DNA of 64,000 nt from Candidatus Moanibacter sp. (lineage in GTDB: Bacteria; Verrucomicrobiota; Verrucomicrobiia; Opitutales; UBA2987), in the NCBI GenBank assembly GCA_965226025.1, contig CBDDCD010000002.1, forward strand, positions 2,662,216 through 2,726,215, written 5' to 3'. The translations under genes were made by a program, and so were the position numbers. Each line of letters opens with the position of its first letter. Within the stretch, counting starts at the first letter, position 1. The notes under the pieces are model-generated. The model worked only from the letters and a program-made list of their open reading frames with translations, had not been told where the DNA came from and ran no database searches. Positions 25,587 through 35,700 of the stretch are shown one piece after another.

Positions 25587-26834
25587 ATGGGGCCAAAAGT
25601 GATGCTGAGACTAGGTCGCAAGAAAAAAGTCCTATTTTCCGTGGTCACCTTACTGGCGCTGTGCCTGATTCTTGAAATCGGTGCTCGTGCCTATTTCGCC
25701 TTCAAAGTCGGGCCTAGTGTGCTGCTATATGGGACTTCCTTCGCTCGTAGACAGATTCAGCCGGCTTCCGAGTCTTATATTCGGCACCCTAAGACAAAAC
25801 CCGAAGCGAAAAACTATCGCTCGAGGATGAGCAAGAATGAATGGCGTAAAAGACGAACCGTCATCACCCATTCAAACGAGCTCAGCGGCTATTCAAAATA
25901 CTTTCCAAACCAGGAGAGGATCGATTTTGATATAGAGACGAGAGAGGGCTTTGATGTCATGATAAATAGCAGAGGCTTCAGAGGACGAGAGTTTACTGAC
26001 CGGAAGAAACCAGGCGTGATCAGAATTGTTACCTTAGGAGCCTCATCGACATTCGGCTATTTCAATAGGGACGAAGAGACGTATCCAGTATATCTCGAAC
26101 AGATACTCAATGATAGATACTCGGGCGAGTTGCACTTCGAAGTTATCAATATGGGAATTCCCCATCTCACAGCTGAGAATATCTATGCGCTCTTTCTTGC
26201 TGAGGGGATCCAACTCAATCCCGACATCGTGACCTTTTGTGAGGGTAATAATGATGCCGCTAGGCCTTTGCGTCGGGATATTGGGTTCTTTGCCAGTTGC
26301 TTCAGCAGAGCAGGGAGGTACTCAATCTTGGTCGGCTTAATCAACAGCATCCTTGATGTGCCCTCGAGGTCCCAATATTCACCTGACGAATTTCAACAAC
26401 ATGCTTCGGCTATCAGCAACCGTTTTATCGATATCATCTCCAGGATTCATCAGGAATGCAAAGAGAGAGGTATTCTGTTCGTAGTCGCCAACCAGCAGAA
26501 GAATTCACAGACGATGGATAGAGGAAAACTGAAGGGACTCAGTTACGAAGAGGAGGTGCGGAGGATCCGGGCCAAAGGCCTTGAGTCGGAACAGATCAAG
26601 TCAACCGGACTGAAGCTCCTCACGCATGCTGTTCTGATGAGGGATCTTGCGACATGGGCAAAGGCGAACCGGGTGCCCTTTGTGGATGTAATTGCCAGAT
26701 TGGATCAAGATCGTGACGTCATGATCAGCTGGGTCCATTTAAGTCGCAGGGGAAATCGCATGGTAGCTGAAGCATTTGCAGATGAGATTCTCAGACATAG
26801 CTGGAACCCCAGACCAGCCATGCTCCTGGAGTAG
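25587..26834 (+). CDS. SGNH/GDSL-type hydrolase with N-terminal membrane anchor
   Basis: The start is taken at the internal ATG (MGPKVMLRLGRKKKVLFSVVTLLALCLILEIG). Block I-like IRIVTLGASSTFGY and block III-like FCEGNNDA are present. The gene is AT-richer than the surrounding DNA. Confidence 0.65.
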   Translation: MGPKVMLRLGRKKKVLFSVVTLLALCLILEIGARAYFAFKVGPSVLLYGTSFARRQIQPASESYIRHPKTKPEAKNYRSRMSKNEWRKRRTVITHSNELSGYSKYFPNQERIDFDIETREGFDVMINSRGFRGREFTDRKKPGVIRIVTLGASSTFGYFNRDEETYPVYLEQILNDRYSGELHFEVINMGIPHLTAENIYALFLAEGIQLNPDIVTFCEGNNDAARPLRRDIGFFASCFSRAGRYSILVGLINSILDVPSRSQYSPDEFQQHASAISNRFIDIISRIHQECKERGILFVVANQQKNSQTMDRGKLKGLSYEEEVRRIRAKGLESEQIKSTGLKLLTHAVLMRDLATWAKANRVPFVDVIARLDQDRDVMISWVHLSRRGNRMVAEAFADEILRHSWNPRPAMLLE

Positions 26835-26869
26835 CGAAAGGTTACGTCTCTCCCATTGCACCTTCCGTA

Positions 26870-26962
26870 TTACTGCCCCCTTGCCTCACCTTCCAGCCGG
26901 TAGCTCTGAAGGCGCCTTTCTAATGCCTCGGTCCGCTGTCCCGGCGGTAGCAAATTGATTGC
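26870..26962 (-). pseudogene. 3'-terminal fragment of a paralogue of the TPR protein gene at 4698
   Basis: It translates to AINLLPPGQRTEALERRLQSYRLEGEARGQ-stop, compared with RAINLLPPEQQTEALKKRLQSYRREGEARGQ-stop at 4698-4790. The nucleotide similarity is obvious. Confidence 0.7.
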
Positions 26963-26974
26963 GAGTCGCCGGGA

Positions 26975-27125
26975 CTTGAGCAGATGCGACCTCGCACGGA
27001 CAGCAGCTTCTACGTTCCCCCGCACATTACCTCAGAAGATACCATCCGATCAGTGGCGACCCGGAATTCATCAAGAAGGAAATGGAAAGGACCGGGATGC
27101 CCAGCCCGCTTCTTTTTCTGGTTCT
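26975..27125 (+). pseudogene. Internal fragment of a third family-5 SBP paralogue
   Basis: It translates to DATSHGQQLLRSPAHYLRRYHPISGDPEFIKKEMERTGMPSP, compared with LATSHGQHLLRSPAHYLKRYHPVSGDPGFIAEEMARSGMPSP in the 32730 gene. It is bounded upstream by a stop codon. Confidence 0.7.
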
Positions 27126-27287
27126 ACTGCAACCTAGAAAAACTCGTTCGCAGGCCTTGGCGTGAGCTTTGTCGAATTGATGGTGTCGGGTTTCAGGCAT
27201 AGTGTGTCGAGAGTGAAGTGGTTCACGGTTCGAGGGCAGGCGTTATTTGCCCTCCTCGGCTCTGCTCCAACCTTCAATAGACCAGCA

Positions 27288-27376
27288 GTCGATTACGCTT
27301 ACGATTACGGTGGTCGATTGAGGGAAGATGGATATCAGGCACTGCCAATCGAAATCCGTAATCTCAAGCGTAATCG
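27288..27376. repeat. Family-F hairpin repeat
   Basis: GTCGATTACGCTTACGATTACG ... CGTAATCTCAAGCGTAATCG. Homologous to 15965-16052. Confidence 0.7.
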
Positions 27377-27430
27377 CAGCTCGAAACTGTGCCGTGCCGT
27401 TGACGGCCGAAGCGACCCGCCGCTCCCACC

Positions 27431-28336
27431 TCATCCCCGCCCCTTCAACCACCGTTCCCGCGTCAATCCCCGCTCCGACCACTTGTGTCCGATGCCTTCA
27501 GCCACTTTCTGAATATACCGGTAGGCCCGTTCGCGTTGAACCATCCTATCAACGGCTGGGTCGTTAAAGTGCTCGAGAGAGAACAGTTTCCAGGGTTCGA
27601 GTTTGTCGGATGCTTCAATGACTGCTTCGTGATTCAAGAGCCCGGTGCCCATGGGCGCTTCGTAAATCTGCATGACAAGATCAGGTGCGACCCGAACATC
27701 CTTGACGTGCAGCTGGCCGATTCGGTCGCCGAGATAGGCCATTGTCTCTCGCATCCATCGCCCGGACTCATGGACCCGGCCGGGGCGCATGTGGTTCACC
27801 GGATCGAAGGTGATCTGGACATAATCTGACCCCACTCGGTCGACAAACTCCTTCATTCTCTCAGGCGAGTGAATGATACACCATTGGGTGGTCTCCGGGC
27901 AGATGCAGACACCCGCATCCTCCGCATACGGAGCCAGCTTTTTCACCTCGTTGACCACGTCGTCGAGCGCTTCATCGGTAAAATTCTTTGGGTGGTACCA
28001 CCAACCCGAACCGTCGTAGCTGCCACCGGTGATGTGAATCAGATCACCTCTGAGCAATTTCATCTTGTGCAGGATGTCTTTGAGGCGGTCGTGTTCGGTC
28101 TGGCGCTTGGTGGTATCGGGGTGCGCGGGTTGGGATCCGCACGGCGACATAGCCGCCGTGATGCCGTGTTCCTCCGCCAGGTCGCGGAATCGAAGCACGG
28201 CGTCATCTGTGGCCTCTGCGATCCCATGTACACCGATCACTTCGAAGCCGATTTGACTGAGGCGTTTCAAGTTCGCCTCATTCGCGGCCATGTCTTCAGT
28301 CAGATTGATACTGGTATCGTTGCAGCAGAATCTCAT
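27431..28336 (-). CDS. Sugar phosphate isomerase/epimerase (xylose-isomerase-like TIM barrel)
   Basis: 301 aa. The overall pattern fits the AP-endonuclease-2/xylose-isomerase-like barrel family (..HITGGSYDG.., ..VCICPETT.., ..QITFDPVNH.., ..QLHVKD..). No search was run. Confidence 0.6.
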   Translation of the reverse strand: MRFCCNDTSINLTEDMAANEANLKRLSQIGFEVIGVHGIAEATDDAVLRFRDLAEEHGITAAMSPCGSQPAHPDTTKRQTEHDRLKDILHKMKLLRGDLIHITGGSYDGSGWWYHPKNFTDEALDDVVNEVKKLAPYAEDAGVCICPETTQWCIIHSPERMKEFVDRVGSDYVQITFDPVNHMRPGRVHESGRWMRETMAYLGDRIGQLHVKDVRVAPDLVMQIYEAPMGTGLLNHEAVIEASDKLEPWKLFSLEHFNDPAVDRMVQRERAYRYIQKVAEGIGHKWSERGLTRERWLKGRG

Positions 28337-28509
28337 GGGTGATTGTTCCTTTGTGGTTTAGGCTTTCTTATTCGCAGTAACCGAAAATGCACTTCACATT
28401 CGTAGAAGACCTCTGGTGCTGAAGGGGAAAGGCCTGCGTGTTTTCCCGTCCCGAGAATAAAATGCGGGAGCCGCTCGCCTGTGCTATTCGGCAATAACGG
28501 TACGTTCAA

Positions 28510-28656
28510 GTGGAGGGGCGAGGGCTCTCGAGCCCTGATTTCATCGTTATTCATCGAAGGAGCCTTTCTTAGTACGGAGAGTGAACTCGATCTTGTCAAC
28601 CACGTGGTTTTGCCGAGTGTCCAAGCCTCTGGGCTCGAGAGCCCTCGCCCCTCCAG
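28510..28656. repeat. Family-B GC-rich palindrome pair
   Basis: GTGGAGGGGCGAGGGCTCTCGAGCCC ... 95 nt ... GGGCTCGAGAGCCCTCGCCCCTCCAG. It lies 29 nt from the 3' end of the RAYT pseudogene. Confidence 0.85.
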
Positions 28657-28684
28657 AATAAATCTGAGTGTTCCCAAGAAAGTC

Positions 28685-29174
28685 TCAATCGTGCCAATCC
28701 AGCGTCCCAATTTCCCCCTTGTAAGGCCATTTATTTACCGCCTCAACCAAGCCATGTCTAACCGGATTGTTCCTAACATAGTTCCACTTATCCGTATAAG
28801 ACTCACCCGAGCGCAGTTGCCGGTCCCAGTAGTCTCTTTGCCACAATTGTTTGTTTTTCGGCCTGTGCCAGCGGCGGGACACCTGACTGCGCCAGAAACT
28901 GACCCATGACCTCATGGAACGTACCGGCAAAGTCCCGGGAGCGCAGAACAGATGGATGTGGTCGGGCATAATTACAAATCGACCAACGACCCAGCCATGA
29001 CTCTCCCGCCATGCCTGTGTGATCTGTTCCATTGCTTCGTGGGAGGCTAGGATGGGTTGTCGATCTTTTGCGCAGAACGGTTAGATATACGATGTTTGAG
29101 CGATTGTGGGATTCGACGACTGGCCAATGAGGGGGCCGTTTTCTTCTCGGTGGGGTAACGGGATCGTCGGACAT
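28685..29174 (-). pseudogene. RAYT/IS200-like HUH transposase gene with a frameshift
   Basis: Frame 1 reads MSDDPVTPPRRKRPPHWPVVESHNRSNIVYLTV. A second frame continues CAKDRQPILASHEAMEQITQAW..IMPDHIHLFCAP..YVRNNPVRHGLV. The frames switch near 29073-29085. Confidence 0.7.
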
Positions 29175-29252
29175 CTGTAATGAAGAGTTACGAATGTTCG
29201 AGGTCGGTGCAATCTGCGATCGCGAATAGGGATTAGGAAATCGTGGCCGGCG

Positions 29253-29389
29253 CTGGAGGGTCGAGGGCTCTCGAGCCCCAAAGGTCGTAGTTTTCCCTTA
29301 ATGATTTTCCTTGGTGGTCGGCCATTGGAATCCGATCTCCGTTTTTGGTACAATCGACTGAGGGGGCTCGAGGGCCCTCGCCCCTCCAG
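29253..29389. repeat. Family-B GC-rich palindrome pair
   Basis: CTGGAGGGTCGAGGGCTCTCGAGCCCC ... 83 nt ... GGGGGCTCGAGGGCCCTCGCCCCTCCAG. It lies about 80 nt upstream of the RAYT pseudogene start. Confidence 0.85.
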
Positions 29390-29423
29390 CAGAAGGCGGC
29401 TCCAGAATGCAGCAACTCTCTAC

Positions 29424-30569
29424 TCATACTCCCTCCGATTCGGCTGGTCCCCAAACCCGCAACATACACAGCCCAGCCCCCTGCCGGCGCCCCCACGAGG
29501 CGCCCTCTTCGCCATCTGTGACCGGGTGGGCGTCCAGTTTCTCTTGATCGAAAGTGAATCCCAATCCGGGTTCATCGTTCAACATAATCCAGCCATCTTC
29601 TATCTCATGAGTATGCGTGAAGACGGCATCACGACCGTTGTTGAGTACCTCCATCGTAATATGGTTGGGTAGGACCGCTGCCAGGTGTGCCATGAAGCTG
29701 CCGGGGCAATTCATCATCGTTACGGGTGTTTCGTAGGCGTAGGCAAGGTCGGCAACTTTCAAGGCGCCGGTGATACCGGTTGTCCCCACGCCAACGTTGA
29801 GGACGTCGACCGCGTGTTCGTGGAGGAGGGGAACATAGTCATCGAGGGAGTCGAGATTCTCGCCCGAAGCAACGGCAGCTCGAATGTTGTCGGAGACCTT
29901 ACGCAGACCGTTCACATCCCAACGCCGGGCCGGTTCCTCGAGCCAGGTAATGTCGTATTCCCTTTCGATTTCGTGCATGTAACGAATGGCCTGCTTGGGT
30001 GACCAGTATTCATTCACATCGATCATAAGCTCGGGCTTCTTTCCTGAAGTGGCGAGGGCGTCCCGCATGATCCCGATTCGCCGCATGTCGACATCCAGGT
30101 CCAATCCAATCTTGAGTTTGCCGCCTTGGACGCCCTTTGCCGCCATTCCCTCGTAAAAAGCGCGCACTTCTTCGTCAGAGAGCGGGTAGTCGATTCCGCT
30201 GGCGTAGGCTCTCAACCGATTGGACGAAGCCCCCAGCGTTTTCCACAAAGGCTCGCCATTGATGCGCGCCTTCAGATCCCAGAGCGCTACGTCGATGGTG
30301 CCGATGGCGGCGCTCGCACCACCGCGATTACCTCCTTTAAAGACACGATCAACCATGGTGTTCCAATGACCAAGCACACCCCGCGGATCTTTGCCCACGA
30401 GGAGTTCGTCGACCATCGACTCGACCAAATCGCCGCCTTCCATGGCTATTCCGGAGATGCCTTCGTCGGTGTCGAGCCACAAGGCGGTGGGCCGCATCAC
30501 GTTGGCGTCCCCGATCGGCCGAATCATCCTTATCTCGAAGGGTTGGGTCCGTAATCCGGTGATTTTCAT
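29424..30569 (-). CDS. Enolase-superfamily enzyme (mandelate racemase/muconate-lactonizing family; sugar-acid dehydratase-like)
   Basis: KLKIGLDLDVD, LMIDVNEYW, ITWLEEP and ASGENL match the KxK and metal-ligand D/E/E pattern of this family. Confidence 0.85.
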   Translation of the reverse strand: MKITGLRTQPFEIRMIRPIGDANVMRPTALWLDTDEGISGIAMEGGDLVESMVDELLVGKDPRGVLGHWNTMVDRVFKGGNRGGASAAIGTIDVALWDLKARINGEPLWKTLGASSNRLRAYASGIDYPLSDEEVRAFYEGMAAKGVQGGKLKIGLDLDVDMRRIGIMRDALATSGKKPELMIDVNEYWSPKQAIRYMHEIEREYDITWLEEPARRWDVNGLRKVSDNIRAAVASGENLDSLDDYVPLLHEHAVDVLNVGVGTTGITGALKVADLAYAYETPVTMMNCPGSFMAHLAAVLPNHITMEVLNNGRDAVFTHTHEIEDGWIMLNDEPGLGFTFDQEKLDAHPVTDGEEGASWGRRQGAGLCMLRVWGPAESEGV

Positions 30570-31245
30570 ATTCTTACCTAACTCTAGCCCGCTTCTCTTA
30601 CGAATTTTCGAGGATCCAATTGCGGCAGAGTGCTCCTCCCGACTTGGTGCTGCAATCCGGCCACAGAAGCGGGCTGTTCAACAAGAGGGCACAGAAGAGT
30701 CGTGTTATTTGAACAAAACGGAATGTCACCGGGAATCTTTCTATGAGCTAGAAAAAAACACGTAACTAACCTGAAACTTCATTGTACATGCGGGTACTCG
30801 GGCGACAGTTCGCTTCCTGTAAGAGCAGGATGTATGAAACCTTCCATTGAAGTTTCAGCCTCGATTGATCCCGTTCCGAAGTGGCAACCGGCGGCTGGAG
30901 CTGACTAGAACCCCACCTATTAGTGTTCGTCAGGTTTGGATTGCGAAGTAGGAGATTCATGCGGTGCAAGTTAGCCGGGAAAGAGAAAAAGAATCGGCAA
31001 TCTCGGCAACCGGAGTTCGCAAAAGAGCGGATTGCTCCAATGGTCCCAGTGCGTTCTTTTTCCGAATCGGTTGGGAATCGTCTTGATCGCTGCGGATAAA
31101 TAAACAGCAATGAGTTTGGAACGGAAATCGTACTACTTGATCATTCAGAAAAGATCTCTATCCGTTGCCGTGCTTTGATCGGGTGCAAATCTTCCGGAGG
31201 ATTTCAAGACGTCATACACAATCGTAATCAGCGATACCGGTAACC

Positions 31246-32273
31246 ATGATTCCGGTATTCGAGGAACGCGCGCATTTTGGTGGCTGGCCGGTCGAATCGG
31301 CGCCTACGCCGAGCTGGGGCTCTACTGGTTTCTCTGCGAGTATTTCGGCCGCTCCTCTGTAAACCTCATTCGCCCGTCCGAGCTGCTTGTGAGCTCGTCC
31401 AAGTACAAGACCGATTGGCTATTCGTCGGCTTACCAACCTCCTTGAACAAGGAGCACCTCGAGCAGATTGAATACCGCCGAATCGCCCTTTACGATTCCA
31501 GCGATTTCAACGGCGTTAATTTCGGCTACTCGGAGAAGGCTTTCCTGCTCTCGGAAACGGACCTCTGCCTCAAGAATTGGCGAGACCGGAGATGGAATTA
31601 CGATTTTTCGATCGGCCTGCTTCCAATTAAGAGACCGCCTCTGAACAATATGTTGCACTACGCCGTTCGAATCGCGTCGGCCAAAGATCGATTGGGATGC
31701 TTACCCGAAAAGAGATACGACGTTGGGTTTGTTGGGCGCCCCTCGGGCGGTAAGTCAGAGAATCAACGCCTGAAGTGGCTTGTCGAATTGAAGAGTCACC
31801 GCCCGAATCTGAAACTCTGGGGCGGTCTGGTAGGGGGCAGAAATTGGCGGCACTCGCTCGAGCCGGCATTTGATTCGGCAACTCTGGATACGTGCTGGCT
31901 AAGCGGTCGAAGGATGGATTTCCTCCAGTACTTCGCCGGTCTTCGTGGATCAAAAGTTACTCTCGCTCCGGCCGGCTATGCGCCCTGGACCTATCGCCAC
32001 TACGAGGCAATTTACGCAAGGTGTATTGTCGTCTCCAACGATCTCAGCCATTACGAATTTCTGGTTCCTTTTCCTCGGGAAGGTTTGATTGAAGTTCCGG
32101 ATGGCGAGTCTGTTGTTCACGGAGTTGACGCCGCCCTTGCCTTATACGAAAACTCGCCAGAGATAGTGGATGCGAACGTTGAAGATCTGAACCGGTGGCT
32201 CAATGCGGGAACGTATTCTCGCGATCGACGGGATACACTGGACCGATTCTTCGCCGAACTCGATGGACAGTAG
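31246..32273 (+). CDS. Hypothetical protein, possibly glycosyltransferase-like; N-terminus probably displaced by a 1-nt indel
   Basis: The listed ORF 31389..32273 starts at GTG, but its frame is open back to 31179 with no start codon. The ATG at 31246 in the +1 frame would join it if the T4 run at 31275-31278 were T5. The C-terminal motif LAPAGYAPWTYRHYEAIYARCIVVSND is reminiscent of exostosin/CgeB-type glycosyltransferases (weak). Confidence 0.45.
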
Positions 32274-32447
32274 GAATCTGTCGGTGCGCCGGCTTCGCCC
32301 TTGACGGACTTTCTCGGGGGAACGCTTGCGTGTAGACGGATAAATCGATGGAGAAATCGACTAATCTCTTGGGTGCTTAGGAGAGAAAATGGCTCGGGTA
32401 TGGAAGAAGCATTGAATGGCATTGAGGTTGTTCAATGAGCCGCCAAG

Positions 32448-32590
32448 CTGGAGCAGGGGCGAGGGCTCTCGAGCCCCCGATTCACCGTCGTTTTCGGTCT
32501 CCTGATATCGCTTTGCTAGGATGATCCGCTGGCAAAGCGGGAGCGGAGACGTTGGTCTTATACCGCACAGGGCTCGAGGGCCCTCGCCCC
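32448..32590. repeat. Family-B GC-rich palindrome pair, followed by a T6 run
   Basis: CTGGAGCAGGGGCGAGGGCTCTCGAGCCCC ... 92 nt ... GGGCTCGAGGGCCCTCGCCCC, then TTTTTT. Confidence 0.85.
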
Positions 32591-32729
32591 TTTTTTAAGG
32601 TCGTTTCCATATCGATTGCCGAAAATCTATGGCCCAGGAACTCGCATGGGCACTGAAGTTTAGGTAGACATCGATAATGCGCTGGCCAGTCGGATGGGAG
32701 TGTGAGATTCTGTCCTTCGTCCCCTTAAG

Positions 32730-35700
32730 ATGAATTCGACCAACCTTCAGGCATTTCCCCGAACAAGGTTGATCAGGATGGGGACCTTCCTTCGTCCGGT
32801 CCTCCAGTTCCTCGTCGCGTTCGCCGGACTGTTGGTTTTTCTCGGCATTTGGGCGCTCGGTTTTAAACCTGAAGTGCGAGACGAGCAGCTCGTCGTGGAT
32901 GCGAAAGAGGCAGCTGAAGCGGATAGAATGAGGGGTGCGCGAATCGATCCCGAAAATCCCGTTGTAATCTGGCGGGAGGCGGATTATTCGCAAGGAGAGA
33001 GCGGCTCCTGGTGGCCCAAGGGCGAATCGCCCGTTCTGACCGACCTAGTCTCCGAAGGAGTATTGCCCCCGGTGGAGGAGCGTGTCGGCCCTGAGCCGGT
33101 GGTCCTCGAGGGTCCTGATGGGATAGGCCGCTATGGGGGCGCCCTGATCAAAGTGGAGACGGCAACGTCCGGGGAAGCGGTGCACATGTCGGGCTCTTAC
33201 AGCGGTTGTTCGTTGGTGCGCTGGTCTCCCTACGGGTATCCCATCGTCCCTCATTTTGCCAAGAGTTGGGAAATCCGTGATGAGTTTCGCGAGTACACCT
33301 TTCACCTCCGAAGAGGCGTCCGCTGGTCCGATGGGCACCCTCTCACCACCGAGGACATTATGTACTACTGGGACCACGAGGCCAATGAGCCTGCCATCAG
33401 TCAGCGTCCCACTCATATATTCTGGCATATGGGGAAACTACCCGCTTTCACCCCTATCGATGAATATACCCTCCGGATCCGTTTTGAAGATCCGTATCGC
33501 GACTTTCTCGACCGTCTGGCTACGTCGCACGGGCAGCACTTGCTTCGCTCACCTGCTCATTACCTAAAGAGATACCATCCGGTCAGCGGCGACCCCGGAT
33601 TCATTGCCGAGGAGATGGCAAGATCCGGGATGCCCAGCCCGCAAATGCTCTACTCCTATGTCAGGCGCTGGAACAACACGAATCACCCACGACTCTGGCC
33701 CTGGGTCTTCCGCACCTACAAGCCCAATCCACCGTATATATTTGTCCGCAATCCCTATTATTTCGCGGTCGATCCCCAGGGCAATCAGTTACCCTACATT
33801 GACCGCTACGTCATGGAGGAGCGCCAAGGCGACATGGCGGAGGTCGCCGCGATCAATGGCGAACTGAGTTTCCACGCCGGTTTCGTTTTCAGTCAATACA
33901 GTCTGGCGATGGCCCAGCGGGAGACGGGAGATTACGAAGTGTATCACTGGGCGAGACTGAACGGAACGGAATTTCTGGTTTTTCCAAACCAGAATCTCAA
34001 GCCTCTCTCCGACGATCCCGAAGTCATCAAGAAACGGGAGCTGATCCAGAACAAGACCTTTCGCCAGGCCCTCTCCCTGGCCATGGATCGGGAGTTTATC
34101 AGCACCGTGGAATACAGCGGTCTGCTCCAGCCGGCGCAATTGGCGCCCGCTCCTGAGTCCAATTTCTATCACGAAGGACTCATGAATTCGCACATCGAGC
34201 ATGATCCTGTTCGTTCCGGTGAACTGCTTGACAGCATTGGTCTGGTCGGTCGCGACGAAGAAGGATTCCGCACCTTTTCCGACGGTTCTCGGTTGCTGAT
34301 ATACTTCGATTTTCTCTCGTATAACAAGCGGGATCTGGCGCAGGTGGTAGCTGCACAATGGAAGGAGGTAGGCTTGCGCGTGATCGCACGCTACCGGGCC
34401 CCGCGCATCTGGTATACGGCCCTCGATGCCCTCGAGCTCGAACTCTCGGCTGGGGGCATGAGCGGAAAAATCAATCTCTTTGTAGAGTCTAAGAACTACA
34501 TTGCGACGAAAGAGGCTCACTGGGCTCGCGGCTACGGAAACTGGTATTCCCAAGGTTCACTGTTCGACAATCCCCATGCCACTGGTAGAGGGGCGATCGA
34601 GCCGCCTGAAGGCTCCATCTATCGCAAAATGATGCATCTGCACAGCCAGGCGGCCAGCGCGCCGAGCCTGGAGAAACAAAAGGCGATCATGCGCGAGGCC
34701 CTCGATATCAGCGCGGAGCATCTCTGGGTGATCAGTACCGGTTTCGCTCCGCCAATTTTGGTCATCGTGAAAAACGGCCTCAAGAACGTGCCCCGCGTGG
34801 GCGTCTTGAATCACGATTTCCAGGCCCCGTCCAGCGCCGGCATCGAGACTTTTCATTGGGAGAAGGTCACCCACGACCCCCAAGTAGGGGAGAATATCAA
34901 ATCCGCTCTTAGAAAGATTACTCCCAAGCCGGGTTCCGCCCAGGATGAAAGCGGGGCCGGCGGGGACAGTCTGCTGGCAAGGTTTATCCGACTCTCCCTG
35001 TGGACGATCGCCGGGTTGGGGTTACTCCTGTTCGCTATAAGGCATCCCTTTGTTGGCCGGAGGCTGATCATCATGGTGCCGACTCTGGCAGTGGTTTCCA
35101 TGTGTGCATTCACTATCATCGAATTACCTCCGGGGGATTTCCTCACTTCTTACATGGCCCTTCTGGAGCTTGGAGGAGACGAAGTAGACCAGGAACAGAT
35201 TGAGGATCTGCGGTCCATGTTCGAGTTGGATAAGCCGGTGGTCTTTCGTTACTTGAAATGGGCAGGGCTGATCTGGTTCACCACCTTCAAGGAGGAGGAC
35301 CGCGGATTGCTCCAAGGAGACATGGGTCTGGCCATGGAGTCTCAGAACCCCGTCAACGACATTGTGGGTGATCGGCTCATTCTCACCCTTAGCATCAGTC
35401 TGTTCGCGGTTCTTTTTACCTGGTCAGTGGCACTGCCGATCGGCGTGTATTCCGCAGTCAGGCAGTACTCACCAGGCGACTACTTTGCCACCTTCATCGG
35501 TTTCGTCGGCATGTCCGTGCCCAACTTCCTCCTCGCCCTTATCCTCATGTACTTCAGCAATCGCTATTTTGGAATTCCCATCACGGGACTATTTTCGGCC
35601 GAGTTCGTGGCCCAGCCCTACTGGGATGGGGCCAAGGTAGGTGATTTGCTCAAGCACATCTGGGTGCCGGTCGTAGTTGTCGGTTTCCAAGGAACGGCGG

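Noticed and set aside
30766-31110. 114-aa ORF on the minus strand in the ~680-bp gap between the enolase-family gene and the 31246 gene.
   Set aside because: It has no motifs, odd composition and no RBS. The gap is more likely a promoter or leader region. I could not assign any feature to it.
25261-32590. Possibility that the family-B arms with variable 80-95-nt spacers represent a CRISPR-like array.
   Set aside because: The conserved units are in inverted, not direct, orientation. They occur as isolated pairs scattered over 30 kb, separated by genes. No cas genes are present.
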